Assembly (NCBI GenBank): GCA_032123335.1
Contig: JAQBFN010000041.1
Coordinates: forward strand, 1 to 18,894
Direction: 5' to 3'
DNA: 18,894 bases
Source: Candidatus Micrarchaeota archaeon
GTDB lineage: Archaea > Micrarchaeota > Micrarchaeia > Anstonellales > Bilamarchaeaceae
Below, piece by piece: positions 7,896 to 15,073 of the stretch. Positions within the stretch are counted from its first letter, which is position 1; every line of letters starts with the position of its first letter. The translations under genes were made by a program, and so were the position numbers. The notes below the pieces were generated by a model. The model searched no databases, was not told where the DNA came from, and saw only the letters and a list, made by a program, of their open reading frames with translations.

Positions 7896-8809
7896 ATTGC
7901 CACCCTGGGCCTCCTGCTCTTTATGAGCCCGATGAACATAATCTGCATTACCACAAGGACCAGCGTGATTGCGACAAAACTGAGGTCGGTCAGCTCCAAT
8001 TGCACAAAGGTTGAAGCGACCATCAAGAATACCAATCCCATTGTGGGCGCGATTATGCACACCATCATGTAGAAAAGCGCAAGCGGGTTCAGCTGCGAGC
8101 CGTAATCACGAATCATGATCCTCTGCTCTTCAGAAAGGTATTCCACCAGGTTCCTGAGCACGTCCCCCATGTCCGCACCCGAGCGGTTTGCGTTTGCAAG
8201 CTGCCAGATGAGCTGGCGGTAGTATAGGGAACTGTTCCTTACTGCGCTGTCCTCAAGCGCAGTAGTTAGGTCCTTTCCGGTGCGGACTTCGACAACGATT
8301 TTATCGAACTCCTCGCTTACTTCCCCGTAATCCAGTTTTTCATCCTCGTGCCTCTCGCTAACTGAAACAATTGCATCAAAAAGAGGCACCCCTGCGCTTG
8401 TCTGTATCATCAGGTGCCTTGTTGCAAAAAGGAGGCTCTTCTCCACATCCCGTGTCTTTTTTGAGAGAAACCAGTGCGGCAGGATCATCGTGAAAAAGAA
8501 CATGAGCGTGGGAAGGGAAAACGAGATGAAAACCAGCTGCGCCCTTGTGCCCGCGTCATCGAGCATATCCGGGCTGAACTGGTATGCGGCCAATGTTATG
8601 AAGGCAAATAAAAATACGAAGTAGAACGTGAATGAGAACAGGGCGCCGCTTATGTAATCCTTTGCAGTTATCTTGCTGTTTATGAGTTCGAGGTCTTTTC
8701 CAAGGGCGGGGAAAAACCTGAGGATGCGGGAGCCGATTGGGTAAAATCCCCTGATGTAGCTCTTGGCCGCTTCGTATCGAAAAGGCATGAAAGGGATCGT
8801 GTCCAGCAT
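7892..8809 (-). CDS. pilC: Type IV pilus membrane platform protein (PilC/TadB-TadC family), 305 aa
   Basis: LLFATRHLMIQTSAGVPLFDAI, YGEVSEEF, ALED, LANANRSGAD, LNPLALFYM; TM helices; lies directly downstream of the ATPase. Symbol is family-level. Confidence 0.9.
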   Translation of the reverse strand: MLDTIPFMPFRYEAAKSYIRGFYPIGSRILRFFPALGKDLELINSKITAKDYISGALFSFTFYFVFLFAFITLAAYQFSPDMLDDAGTRAQLVFISFSLPTLMFFFTMILPHWFLSKKTRDVEKSLLFATRHLMIQTSAGVPLFDAIVSVSERHEDEKLDYGEVSEEFDKIVVEVRTGKDLTTALEDSAVRNSSLYYRQLIWQLANANRSGADMGDVLRNLVEYLSEEQRIMIRDYGSQLNPLALFYMMVCIIAPTMGLVFLMVASTFVQLELTDLSFVAITLVLVVMQIMFIGLIKSRRPRVAI

Positions 8810-8812
8810 GCA

Positions 8813-10366
8813 TCAGCCCTCGTTCACCATCTTGATTACCTCAGCCGGGTTGTCATAGTAGCGGGAGATTATGTCCCCCACCTGTTCGACTGTGTTTATG
8901 TCCTTCTTGAGCATCCATTCGAGTATGTCCTGCCTTTCCTTGAGCCCCTTGGAAATCTCAGCATCCGACATGTTCGTGAATAGCTTTATGGAATTGAAGA
9001 TGCGCTTGCTTTTTTCCGCTTTCATAATCTTGTCGCTTGAAGGATCCCATTTATAGAGGATGTTTGCCCTTGCGGGATTGCTCTTGTCTTCAGCAATTAC
9101 TTCCCCCACTTCAAAAACACGCCTTATCCCGCTGCGCCTGTTACGGTAGGCAGCAACCACTAGATGCAGGGAAGAAAGCATTGTGGAGGGGATGTTTATC
9201 GGGGGGTTCTTCAGTCTCCTGAATGCTTCATCCACCGTTTCCGCGTGGAGCGTTGCGTAAACGCTGTGCCCTGTGTGCATTGCCTCGAAAAGCACCTGGG
9301 CCTCTTCAGCACGCCTTATTTCCCCGATGATTATCCTGTCCGGCCTCATCCTCAGGGAATTCACCATCAGGTCAAGCATTGAGACTTCGCCCCTCCCTTC
9401 GCTTGTGCCTTCCCTCACAACCATGGGGACCCATTGGTAATATGACGGGAGGGTGATTTCCCTTGTCTGCTCAATGCTAACGATGCGCTGGTTCTGCGGC
9501 ATGAATGCACAGAGGACGTTCAGGAGGCTGGTCTTCCCTGATCCTGTTCCCCCTGCGACAATTATGCTCATTTCATACTGGATTGCGAACCAGAGCAATG
9601 CTGCGACTTCGCTTGAGATGGTCTTTATCCTCATGTAGTCGATTACTGTCCAGGGCTTTCTTGCGAACTTCCTGATTGTGATTGTGTTCCCAAAGGAGGA
9701 AACAGGGTAGATGGTTGCATTCACACGGTCTCCAGTAACCAGGTAAGCATCAAGAAGCGGGCTCTGCACGTTTATCTGCCTTCCCACTTTCCTTGCAATG
9801 GAAGAAGCGTAGTTGAGGATTTCATTCTCGGACTTTATGCGGATGTCGGTCTTCATCCATCCAAGCTGCTTGTGGTATATCCAGATTGGCTCCTTTGAAT
9901 TGTCCACACAGACTTCCTCGATAAAATCATCTTTGAGCAGGAGCTCAATCTCCCCAAGCCCGAGCATCTCCTGAGATATCTTCTCTGCAACAAAATTAAG
10001 CTTGCGTTCGGAGAGGTGGGGCATTTCCTGGGTTATCATTTTTTTTGCAAGAGTTATAACCTTGAGCTGCAGCTGTTCTGCCATCCGTATGTCCAATGCT
10101 TCCTCATGTGAGATTTTTATCTGCTTGAGGAGCTTTACCCTTATTTCGTCAAGGAATGCAAGTGTCCCTTCCTCAAGTTCAGGAATGCTCAGGGAATATG
10201 TGTAGATGCGGTCCCCTTTTTTCTTGGAAATTGTGGCCTGGACAATAGTGTGCCCGGACGTGAACGAGTAGGTAAAAACTCCATCCTTCTCAACCATCCC
10301 GGTTGCTGCGCTTTCAGCCGGTTTGGTTTTTTGTTTGGTTGCAGCTGCTTTTTTCCGTTTTTTCAT
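8813..10366 (-). CDS. pilB: Type IV pilus assembly ATPase (PilB/TadA/CpaF/FlaI family), 517 aa
   Basis: Walker A GGTGSGKT, Asp box SIEQTRE, LRMRPDRIIIGEIR (Walker B), His box AMHTGHSVYATLHA, and GLGEIELLLKDDFIEEV. Symbol is family-level. Confidence 0.95.
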   Translation of the reverse strand: MKKRKKAAATKQKTKPAESAATGMVEKDGVFTYSFTSGHTIVQATISKKKGDRIYTYSLSIPELEEGTLAFLDEIRVKLLKQIKISHEEALDIRMAEQLQLKVITLAKKMITQEMPHLSERKLNFVAEKISQEMLGLGEIELLLKDDFIEEVCVDNSKEPIWIYHKQLGWMKTDIRIKSENEILNYASSIARKVGRQINVQSPLLDAYLVTGDRVNATIYPVSSFGNTITIRKFARKPWTVIDYMRIKTISSEVAALLWFAIQYEMSIIVAGGTGSGKTSLLNVLCAFMPQNQRIVSIEQTREITLPSYYQWVPMVVREGTSEGRGEVSMLDLMVNSLRMRPDRIIIGEIRRAEEAQVLFEAMHTGHSVYATLHAETVDEAFRRLKNPPINIPSTMLSSLHLVVAAYRNRRSGIRRVFEVGEVIAEDKSNPARANILYKWDPSSDKIMKAEKSKRIFNSIKLFTNMSDAEISKGLKERQDILEWMLKKDINTVEQVGDIISRYYDNPAEVIKMVNEG

Positions 10367-11124
10367 TTTTTCGCCCCTTTGCGCTTCTTGCGCAATGCTT
10401 TCTGGGCAATCAATTTTTTCTTTTCAGCCTTCCCAGATTCAGCACCCTCAACAAGCGGTTTTTCTTTTTCAATCCTCCCCAGCTCCGCTCCCACGAAGAA
10501 ATTATACCTCATCTTTACAAGCCCGTGGTCACGCAGCACTTCCCCCATCTTCTCTGCGGTTTTTACCGAAAGGCCGAGTTCCTTTGAGATTTCCTTTATC
10601 TGGGTCCACTCTTTTTTATGCACGATTGCCAGCAGCTGGTCAATATCTGTGGAAATGCGGCGGTCCCCTCTGGAAATGTCATATGCCCCTTTTTCTGCCT
10701 CTTCATAGGTTGCAAGTTTTCGCATGAAGTAGGAAGTGAGGTCCTCGCTACGCACGATGCCTACAAGTTTTTTGTTTTTTTCGAAAACCGGGATGCAGTT
10801 GGGCATGCCTGCTATTGTCCCGACTACGTCTTCCAGCTTCTGTTCGGGGTTAAGGGATGCCTTTGGATTTTTTGCGATTTCTGAGGCAATCACGTGCTTC
10901 AGTTCAGGGATTGGAATCCCTTGCTGCGAAAAGAACAGAAAACGCTTCTTCGGGATGAAAAACCTCATGATGCTGTGGAGGCTTATTATTCCAATGAACT
11001 CATCCTTGTCAAGTACGGGTGCGGATGTGATGAAATTTTTTGCAAAGGTCTTGAGTATGAATTCCATCTGGTCATCCCTGTGGAAGAAAAGGTACTCGGT
11101 CCGCATGATGTCCTTAACTTTCAT
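10363..11124 (-). CDS. CBS-pair (Bateman) domain protein fused to a winged-HTH-like domain with a basic tail, 253 aa
   Basis: MKVKDIM...SAPVLD...FIGIIS and CIPVFE..KLVGIVRSEDL form two CBS motifs; STDIDQLLAIV...IKEISKELGLS...LRDHGLVKMRY is wHTH-like; ATGA overlap with the ATPase gene. Confidence 0.85.
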   Translation of the reverse strand: MKVKDIMRTEYLFFHRDDQMEFILKTFAKNFITSAPVLDKDEFIGIISLHSIMRFFIPKKRFLFFSQQGIPIPELKHVIASEIAKNPKASLNPEQKLEDVVGTIAGMPNCIPVFEKNKKLVGIVRSEDLTSYFMRKLATYEEAEKGAYDISRGDRRISTDIDQLLAIVHKKEWTQIKEISKELGLSVKTAEKMGEVLRDHGLVKMRYNFFVGAELGRIEKEKPLVEGAESGKAEKKKLIAQKALRKKRKGAKK

Positions 11125-11971
11125 ATATTTTCACTCCACAAACCTTCGCCAGTGGCGAGGGTTGGCCCGTGGATACGGAAACAATGTTGTTCCCCAGCTC
11201 CACCGAGGTGTTCTCGGTTGTACTGTTTAAATAGATTATAGTTTTCAGGAAGAATTCATTTTTGTAGTTGATTGTGAGGGAAGCTGGAGAGAAGAGCTGG
11301 AAGACCATTATTGAGGCGTTTTCCCCGTCCAGGAATTTTACTTCGCTGTATTGGTATTTGTCAAGGTATTTCTCCGTGTATACTGTTCCGTTAGAACCCT
11401 GCATCGCAAGGTGGAAATAAACGGCATTCGGGCTTGATGGGGAAACCTCGGATTCATTTATCCATACCGGGTTGAGGGTGGATTCATTTGTGAAGACCTG
11501 CAGGTCATAGGTGGTTATGGAACCCGCGCTATCCGGGCTATCCTGGGCTGTGAACACCACTTTGCTGGCGGGATGGTCCATCGTTATGCCCTGTGGGCTC
11601 ACGTAAAGCATGGGGATGCGCGCCTCATCCAGGTCTATGGTTGTATTGAATTCGGAGTTTCCTTCTGCGAAATCCCGGAAGCGCTGGAGGTCCAGGTAGT
11701 AAGTGGTGCCGAACGGGAGGTTCTCAGTGAAGGTAAGCGTTCCGGTGTTGCTGGGGCCGCTCGTGATTGTAACGTTGACCGCTTCGGAAAAGAGGATTGA
11801 TTCCAGGTTATGGGAAATATCATCTGAATGCGCATTCAGTCGTTCGATTGCTGCCAGTTCGATTGCTGTTGTGCGGGTAGAATTGGAATAAAGGGATGCC
11901 GCTGCAAGTAGGTAAAGGAAAGATGATGCGATGAGCATCAGGGAAACCGTGAACAGCACTCCTCTTTTCAT
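11114..11971 (-). CDS. Pilin-like or minor pilin with class III-like signal, 285 aa
   Basis: MKRG|VLFTVSLMLIASSFLYLL followed by a beta-rich, N-x-S/T-rich extracellular domain. Start at 11971 gives an ATGA overlap with the upstream gene. Confidence 0.8.
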   Translation of the reverse strand: MKRGVLFTVSLMLIASSFLYLLAAASLYSNSTRTTAIELAAIERLNAHSDDISHNLESILFSEAVNVTITSGPSNTGTLTFTENLPFGTTYYLDLQRFRDFAEGNSEFNTTIDLDEARIPMLYVSPQGITMDHPASKVVFTAQDSPDSAGSITTYDLQVFTNESTLNPVWINESEVSPSSPNAVYFHLAMQGSNGTVYTEKYLDKYQYSEVKFLDGENASIMVFQLFSPASLTINYKNEFFLKTIIYLNSTTENTSVELGNNIVSVSTGQPSPLAKVCGVKIYES

Positions 11972-12414
11972 TCCGCCCATATCTTCAGCCTCGCTTTTCC
12001 GTAGTATTTTATCGGCTTCCTTTCAGTGCCGGTTGCATTCTCAAAAACCAGGAAATCCCTCTCTGCAACCGCGACCCGTTTTGCATTCCCGTAATCCCCC
12101 CCGAAGGAGAGGTTTGAAACCGACTCGAATTTGGTGGAATAGTTGTAGTAATCAATCTCAATGTTCCATGCAAGGGGCTTTTCCAGGGTGTTGTTCATTG
12201 ACTGCGAAATGAGATTTGCGTCGAGGGTTTCAAGCGTTCCGGACTTGTCAAGCACTATCAGCAGGTCATTCCCCTGTTTTTCAAGCAGGAGAAGGAGGTA
12301 GGGGTCATCCGCAGAGCTGGCAGAGAAAAAGGAGAAGGAAGCCACAAACAGCGCGACTATTGCAACGGCAAGAAGCGCATCCGTGGAAAAAATAAACCCC
12401 TTATTTGCTTTCAT
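11968..12414 (-). CDS. Minor type IV pilin (KG|FIFSTD type), 148 aa
   Basis: MKANKG|FIFSTDALLAVAIVALFV class III signal plus hydrophobic helix; DLLIVLDKSGTL motif; position in the pilus operon. Confidence 0.85.
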   Translation of the reverse strand: MKANKGFIFSTDALLAVAIVALFVASFSFFSASSADDPYLLLLLEKQGNDLLIVLDKSGTLETLDANLISQSMNNTLEKPLAWNIEIDYYNYSTKFESVSNLSFGGDYGNAKRVAVAERDFLVFENATGTERKPIKYYGKARLKIWAE

Positions 12415-12913
12415 AGATATTCACCGTAACCCGGACCTGCTTTTCAGGTTTTTTTGGCTCGCTCAGGATTGCGTGCCGCACAAAGGAAATTACTGTTGTT
12501 GCATTGTCCATGCTTGAGTTCCCCATCTGGTGGAGCCTGTTGTTGTCCAGGTCCTCGATAGTTATGTAGTACTGCATGTTCCCATCCAGCCCAAGGACCT
12601 CTTTTGCCTGCTCATAGGGGAGAGCTGTGAAGTTCACGACTTTCATCGTGCTGAGGAGGTTCTGGTCAGAGCTGGAAACCGCGAGCCCCGCCCTCTGCAG
12701 GGATGAGGGATTCTGCTCCCATTTTTCCGGGTAGCCCGGGCTTTTGAGGAGAAGGTCGGAAATGGATATCCCCGCTGTCATAAGCCGTTCCTTCACCGTG
12801 GAATTTGCAATTTGCTGGATGTTTACGAACCAGAAGGAAATAAGGAAAACCAGGAGGAATGTGAATATCACGAGTGAGACCATCGTATCTGCCGAACTTA
12901 CCTGGCCGCGCAT
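12401..12913 (-). CDS. Minor type IV pilin (RG|QVSSAD type), 170 aa
   Basis: MRG|QVSSADTMVSLVIFTFLLVFLI; SDLLLKSPGYPEKW motif typical of this archaeal minor pilin type. Start at 12913 with SD-like AAGGGGA. Confidence 0.85.
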   Translation of the reverse strand: MRGQVSSADTMVSLVIFTFLLVFLISFWFVNIQQIANSTVKERLMTAGISISDLLLKSPGYPEKWEQNPSSLQRAGLAVSSSDQNLLSTMKVVNFTALPYEQAKEVLGLDGNMQYYITIEDLDNNRLHQMGNSSMDNATTVISFVRHAILSEPKKPEKQVRVTVNIYESK

Positions 12914-12920
12914 GTTCCCC

Positions 12921-13346
12921 TTAAGGAGTGACAGTGATAACACCTCCGTTTATCTGCATTGTTGCGTTCTTTTCCAGCCCAAACGAAGGGCTGCCTGTTG
13001 AGTTCATGATTCCTGCCATCTGCATGCTGCATGCTGCCCCAGGCTCCCGGTTGCCTTCAGCCAGGTAGTCAACGCTTACCTTTTGGCTGTTCGAGGATAT
13101 CCATATCGTGTAATCCTTGTAATTGAGCAGTTCGGGAAGGCTGAATGTGTAAGAAGAGGTCCCTTCCAATGCTGCAAAAGAGGAAATAGTGGATGCGACC
13201 TGGATGCAGACCTGGGTTGCGGCAAGCTTATCCTGGAGCTGGCTGCTTTCGGAAATGTTTTGGAAATAAATGAATGCTGAAAATGCGAAAACCAGCAGCA
13301 CCACTGAGAGCATCAGCATGAATTCCATCGCCATCTGGCCGCGCAT
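12921..13346 (-). CDS. Minor type IV pilin (RG|QMAME type), 141 aa
   Basis: MRG|QMAMEFMLMLSVVLLVF with Q+1/E+5; one Cys pair; start at 13346, 4 nt after the upstream stop. Confidence 0.85.
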   Translation of the reverse strand: MRGQMAMEFMLMLSVVLLVFAFSAFIYFQNISESSQLQDKLAATQVCIQVASTISSFAALEGTSSYTFSLPELLNYKDYTIWISSNSQKVSVDYLAEGNREPGAACSMQMAGIMNSTGSPSFGLEKNATMQINGGVITVTP

Positions 13347-13350
13347 CTGC

Positions 13351-15012
13351 CTAAGATTCGAGCAACGCATAATCAAACACCCTTGAGGCGAACGTATTTC
13401 CGTCTATATTCATCTGGTCCGGGCAGGCAACCCCGTAGGTAAGCACTGTAGATGCGTCCCCAAGCGTAGCGTACTCAGGCTGCTCCACCGGGGCGAGGAT
13501 AGGTATCCCCTGCAATTGCATGCTGCCCCAGACTCCGCAACCATCTACAATTTCATAAGTTTCCCCAATCGTATAGCCATCCGTTATGTAGCTGTAACCG
13601 TTCGCGATATGGTTGCTGCCGTACAGCTTGCCTGCTCCGAGCAGTGCGGATATGAGGTGCCTGGGCCCTTCTTTTACTGAGGCTCCAAGCAGCACGACAT
13701 AATGCCCGGTGTTCTTGTATTCAATGAGCTTATCGGTAGCTGCGTCGTTATAGTCCACAATCGCGATTATCTGGTAGAGGCTTGCGTTTATGGCGCCGCT
13801 TGCCAGGTTTTCGCTTGAGTCTACATCATAATTCCATGCAAAGCCCTCATCAGAAGTGTGGGCATCGAGCCAGCTTATCCAGAGCTGTTCTTCGGATGAG
13901 GGGGTTGCATCGGTGGTCAGGAACAGGACTTCCTTCAGGTAGGGGTAAACCGTGAAATTGTCGCGCCGCTCCGGCCCCAGGTTCAGCTCGCTGTCCACGC
14001 ACCTGACGCTCACGTAATGGTCTCCCGCGGAGAGCGGGCCCATTGTGTGGGTAACCCTTTCCAGTACCTCCCCATATGCGCCATCAATGGGGTCCATCTC
14101 AGCCCAGATGCCAAGCCCGTCAAGCTCAACCTCGCAGGCCTCGACGCCGTTTCCGCCCGTTTCTGCATCATCCGCGGTTGCCTCTATGGATAGCGTGGAA
14201 AACATGCTTGGGTTCTTTGGCTTGTGCCCAAGGAAGATCACCTGCGGGCCCTGCGTGTCAGGGGGCGTTAATCCTGCAACCAATACTGTGACCATTGAAG
14301 AGCAGTATGCAGCCGGGCCTGTGGCATTTGCCTCAAGGTTTCCTGACGCAATTATTGCAGATGAATAGCTTCCGGGCTCGGTATCAATCGGGACTGAAAA
14401 TGTAAGGGATATTTGGGTCTTTGTGCCCGGCTCAAGAGAATCCGCAGGCTGTGAATACTGCATCAGGTCCGCGATGCTTCCATCTGAACTTGCGGAGAGG
14501 TCCTGTATCAGGTATTCTCCAATGTTCTCCAGTTCAATTATGCCTGTGCCGGATTCTCCCTGGACCAGGCTCTTTGTAAGCGCCATGGGTGCGCATGAAA
14601 GGGAACTCCTCCCGAACATAACCTTGCCGCTTTCGGTGTGGGCAACAAGAACCTCCTGCTGGCCGGAAGTCAGCGGGAGTTCCCCTATAAGGTCGGGGCT
14701 GCAGTCTGCAAAAACATCGCTTTCCCCGCTTGAGAGGGAGATGCGCACATGGACCGTATTGTTGGAGATCTTGGTGAAAACAACCCCGTCCGGAACGTAG
14801 ACATTTACCTCTTCGCTTGAGCCGGGCCCGAGCGAATATACGTAATCCGCGGATTTTGAGAGCTTCTGCACCATATCGTTTGCCTGGGAAACGCGGAGTG
14901 TATCATTTGCCATGTTGGATGAAATATAGAAGGTGGCTGCAATCAGCGTCAGGCCAATGGCAACAACTATCATCTGCTCCATGGATGATTGGCCTTTGCT
15001 GGCTGCACGCAT
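13351..15012 (-). CDS. Large adhesin-like pilin, paralog B: class III signal, pilin domain, Ig-like domains, C-terminal alpha/beta domain, 553 aa
   Basis: MRAASKG|QSSMEQMIVV; ADYVYSLGPGS pilin motif; IELENIG...LEPG...LTFSVP...PGSY Ig-like; PDTQGP linker; C-terminal KEVLF...GHYVVLLG...SYITDGY...RVFDYAL. Start at 15012 matches the paralog and the TATA spacing. Confidence 0.88.
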   Translation of the reverse strand: MRAASKGQSSMEQMIVVAIGLTLIAATFYISSNMANDTLRVSQANDMVQKLSKSADYVYSLGPGSSEEVNVYVPDGVVFTKISNNTVHVRISLSSGESDVFADCSPDLIGELPLTSGQQEVLVAHTESGKVMFGRSSLSCAPMALTKSLVQGESGTGIIELENIGEYLIQDLSASSDGSIADLMQYSQPADSLEPGTKTQISLTFSVPIDTEPGSYSSAIIASGNLEANATGPAAYCSSMVTVLVAGLTPPDTQGPQVIFLGHKPKNPSMFSTLSIEATADDAETGGNGVEACEVELDGLGIWAEMDPIDGAYGEVLERVTHTMGPLSAGDHYVSVRCVDSELNLGPERRDNFTVYPYLKEVLFLTTDATPSSEEQLWISWLDAHTSDEGFAWNYDVDSSENLASGAINASLYQIIAIVDYNDAATDKLIEYKNTGHYVVLLGASVKEGPRHLISALLGAGKLYGSNHIANGYSYITDGYTIGETYEIVDGCGVWGSMQLQGIPILAPVEQPEYATLGDASTVLTYGVACPDQMNIDGNTFASRVFDYALLES

Positions 15013-15045
15013 GGCAGATACTAGCATTAACTAATTAAAAGACTA
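15013..15045 (-). promoter_or_regulatory. TATA promoter of paralog B and the downstream pilus operon, leaderless
   Basis: TTTTAAT at 15040-15034, i.e. -28 to -22 from ATG 15012; the same motif and spacing occur upstream of paralog A. Confidence 0.65.
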
Positions 15046-15073
15046 ACCTTTATTTGCGCGATAACGGAATACG

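Noticed and set aside
7896..8060. N-terminal extensions in the ORF track (starts at 8060, 17448, 13376, 12943, 15027, 6240)
   Set aside because: Most overlap neighbouring genes or promoters. Downstream ATGs give ATGA coupling, SD/TATA spacing or short class III leaders.
6270..10366. Archaellum (ArlB/ArlI/ArlJ) interpretation
   Set aside because: No ArlH, ArlF/G or archaellin GIGTLIVFIA-type N-terminus. Two short platform proteins and Q+1 pilins indicate a type IV pilus.
13351..13700. Variable adhesin C-termini as DGR targets
   Set aside because: No template repeat or reverse transcriptase is present, the domain does not resemble a C-type lectin fold, and the divergence includes indels.
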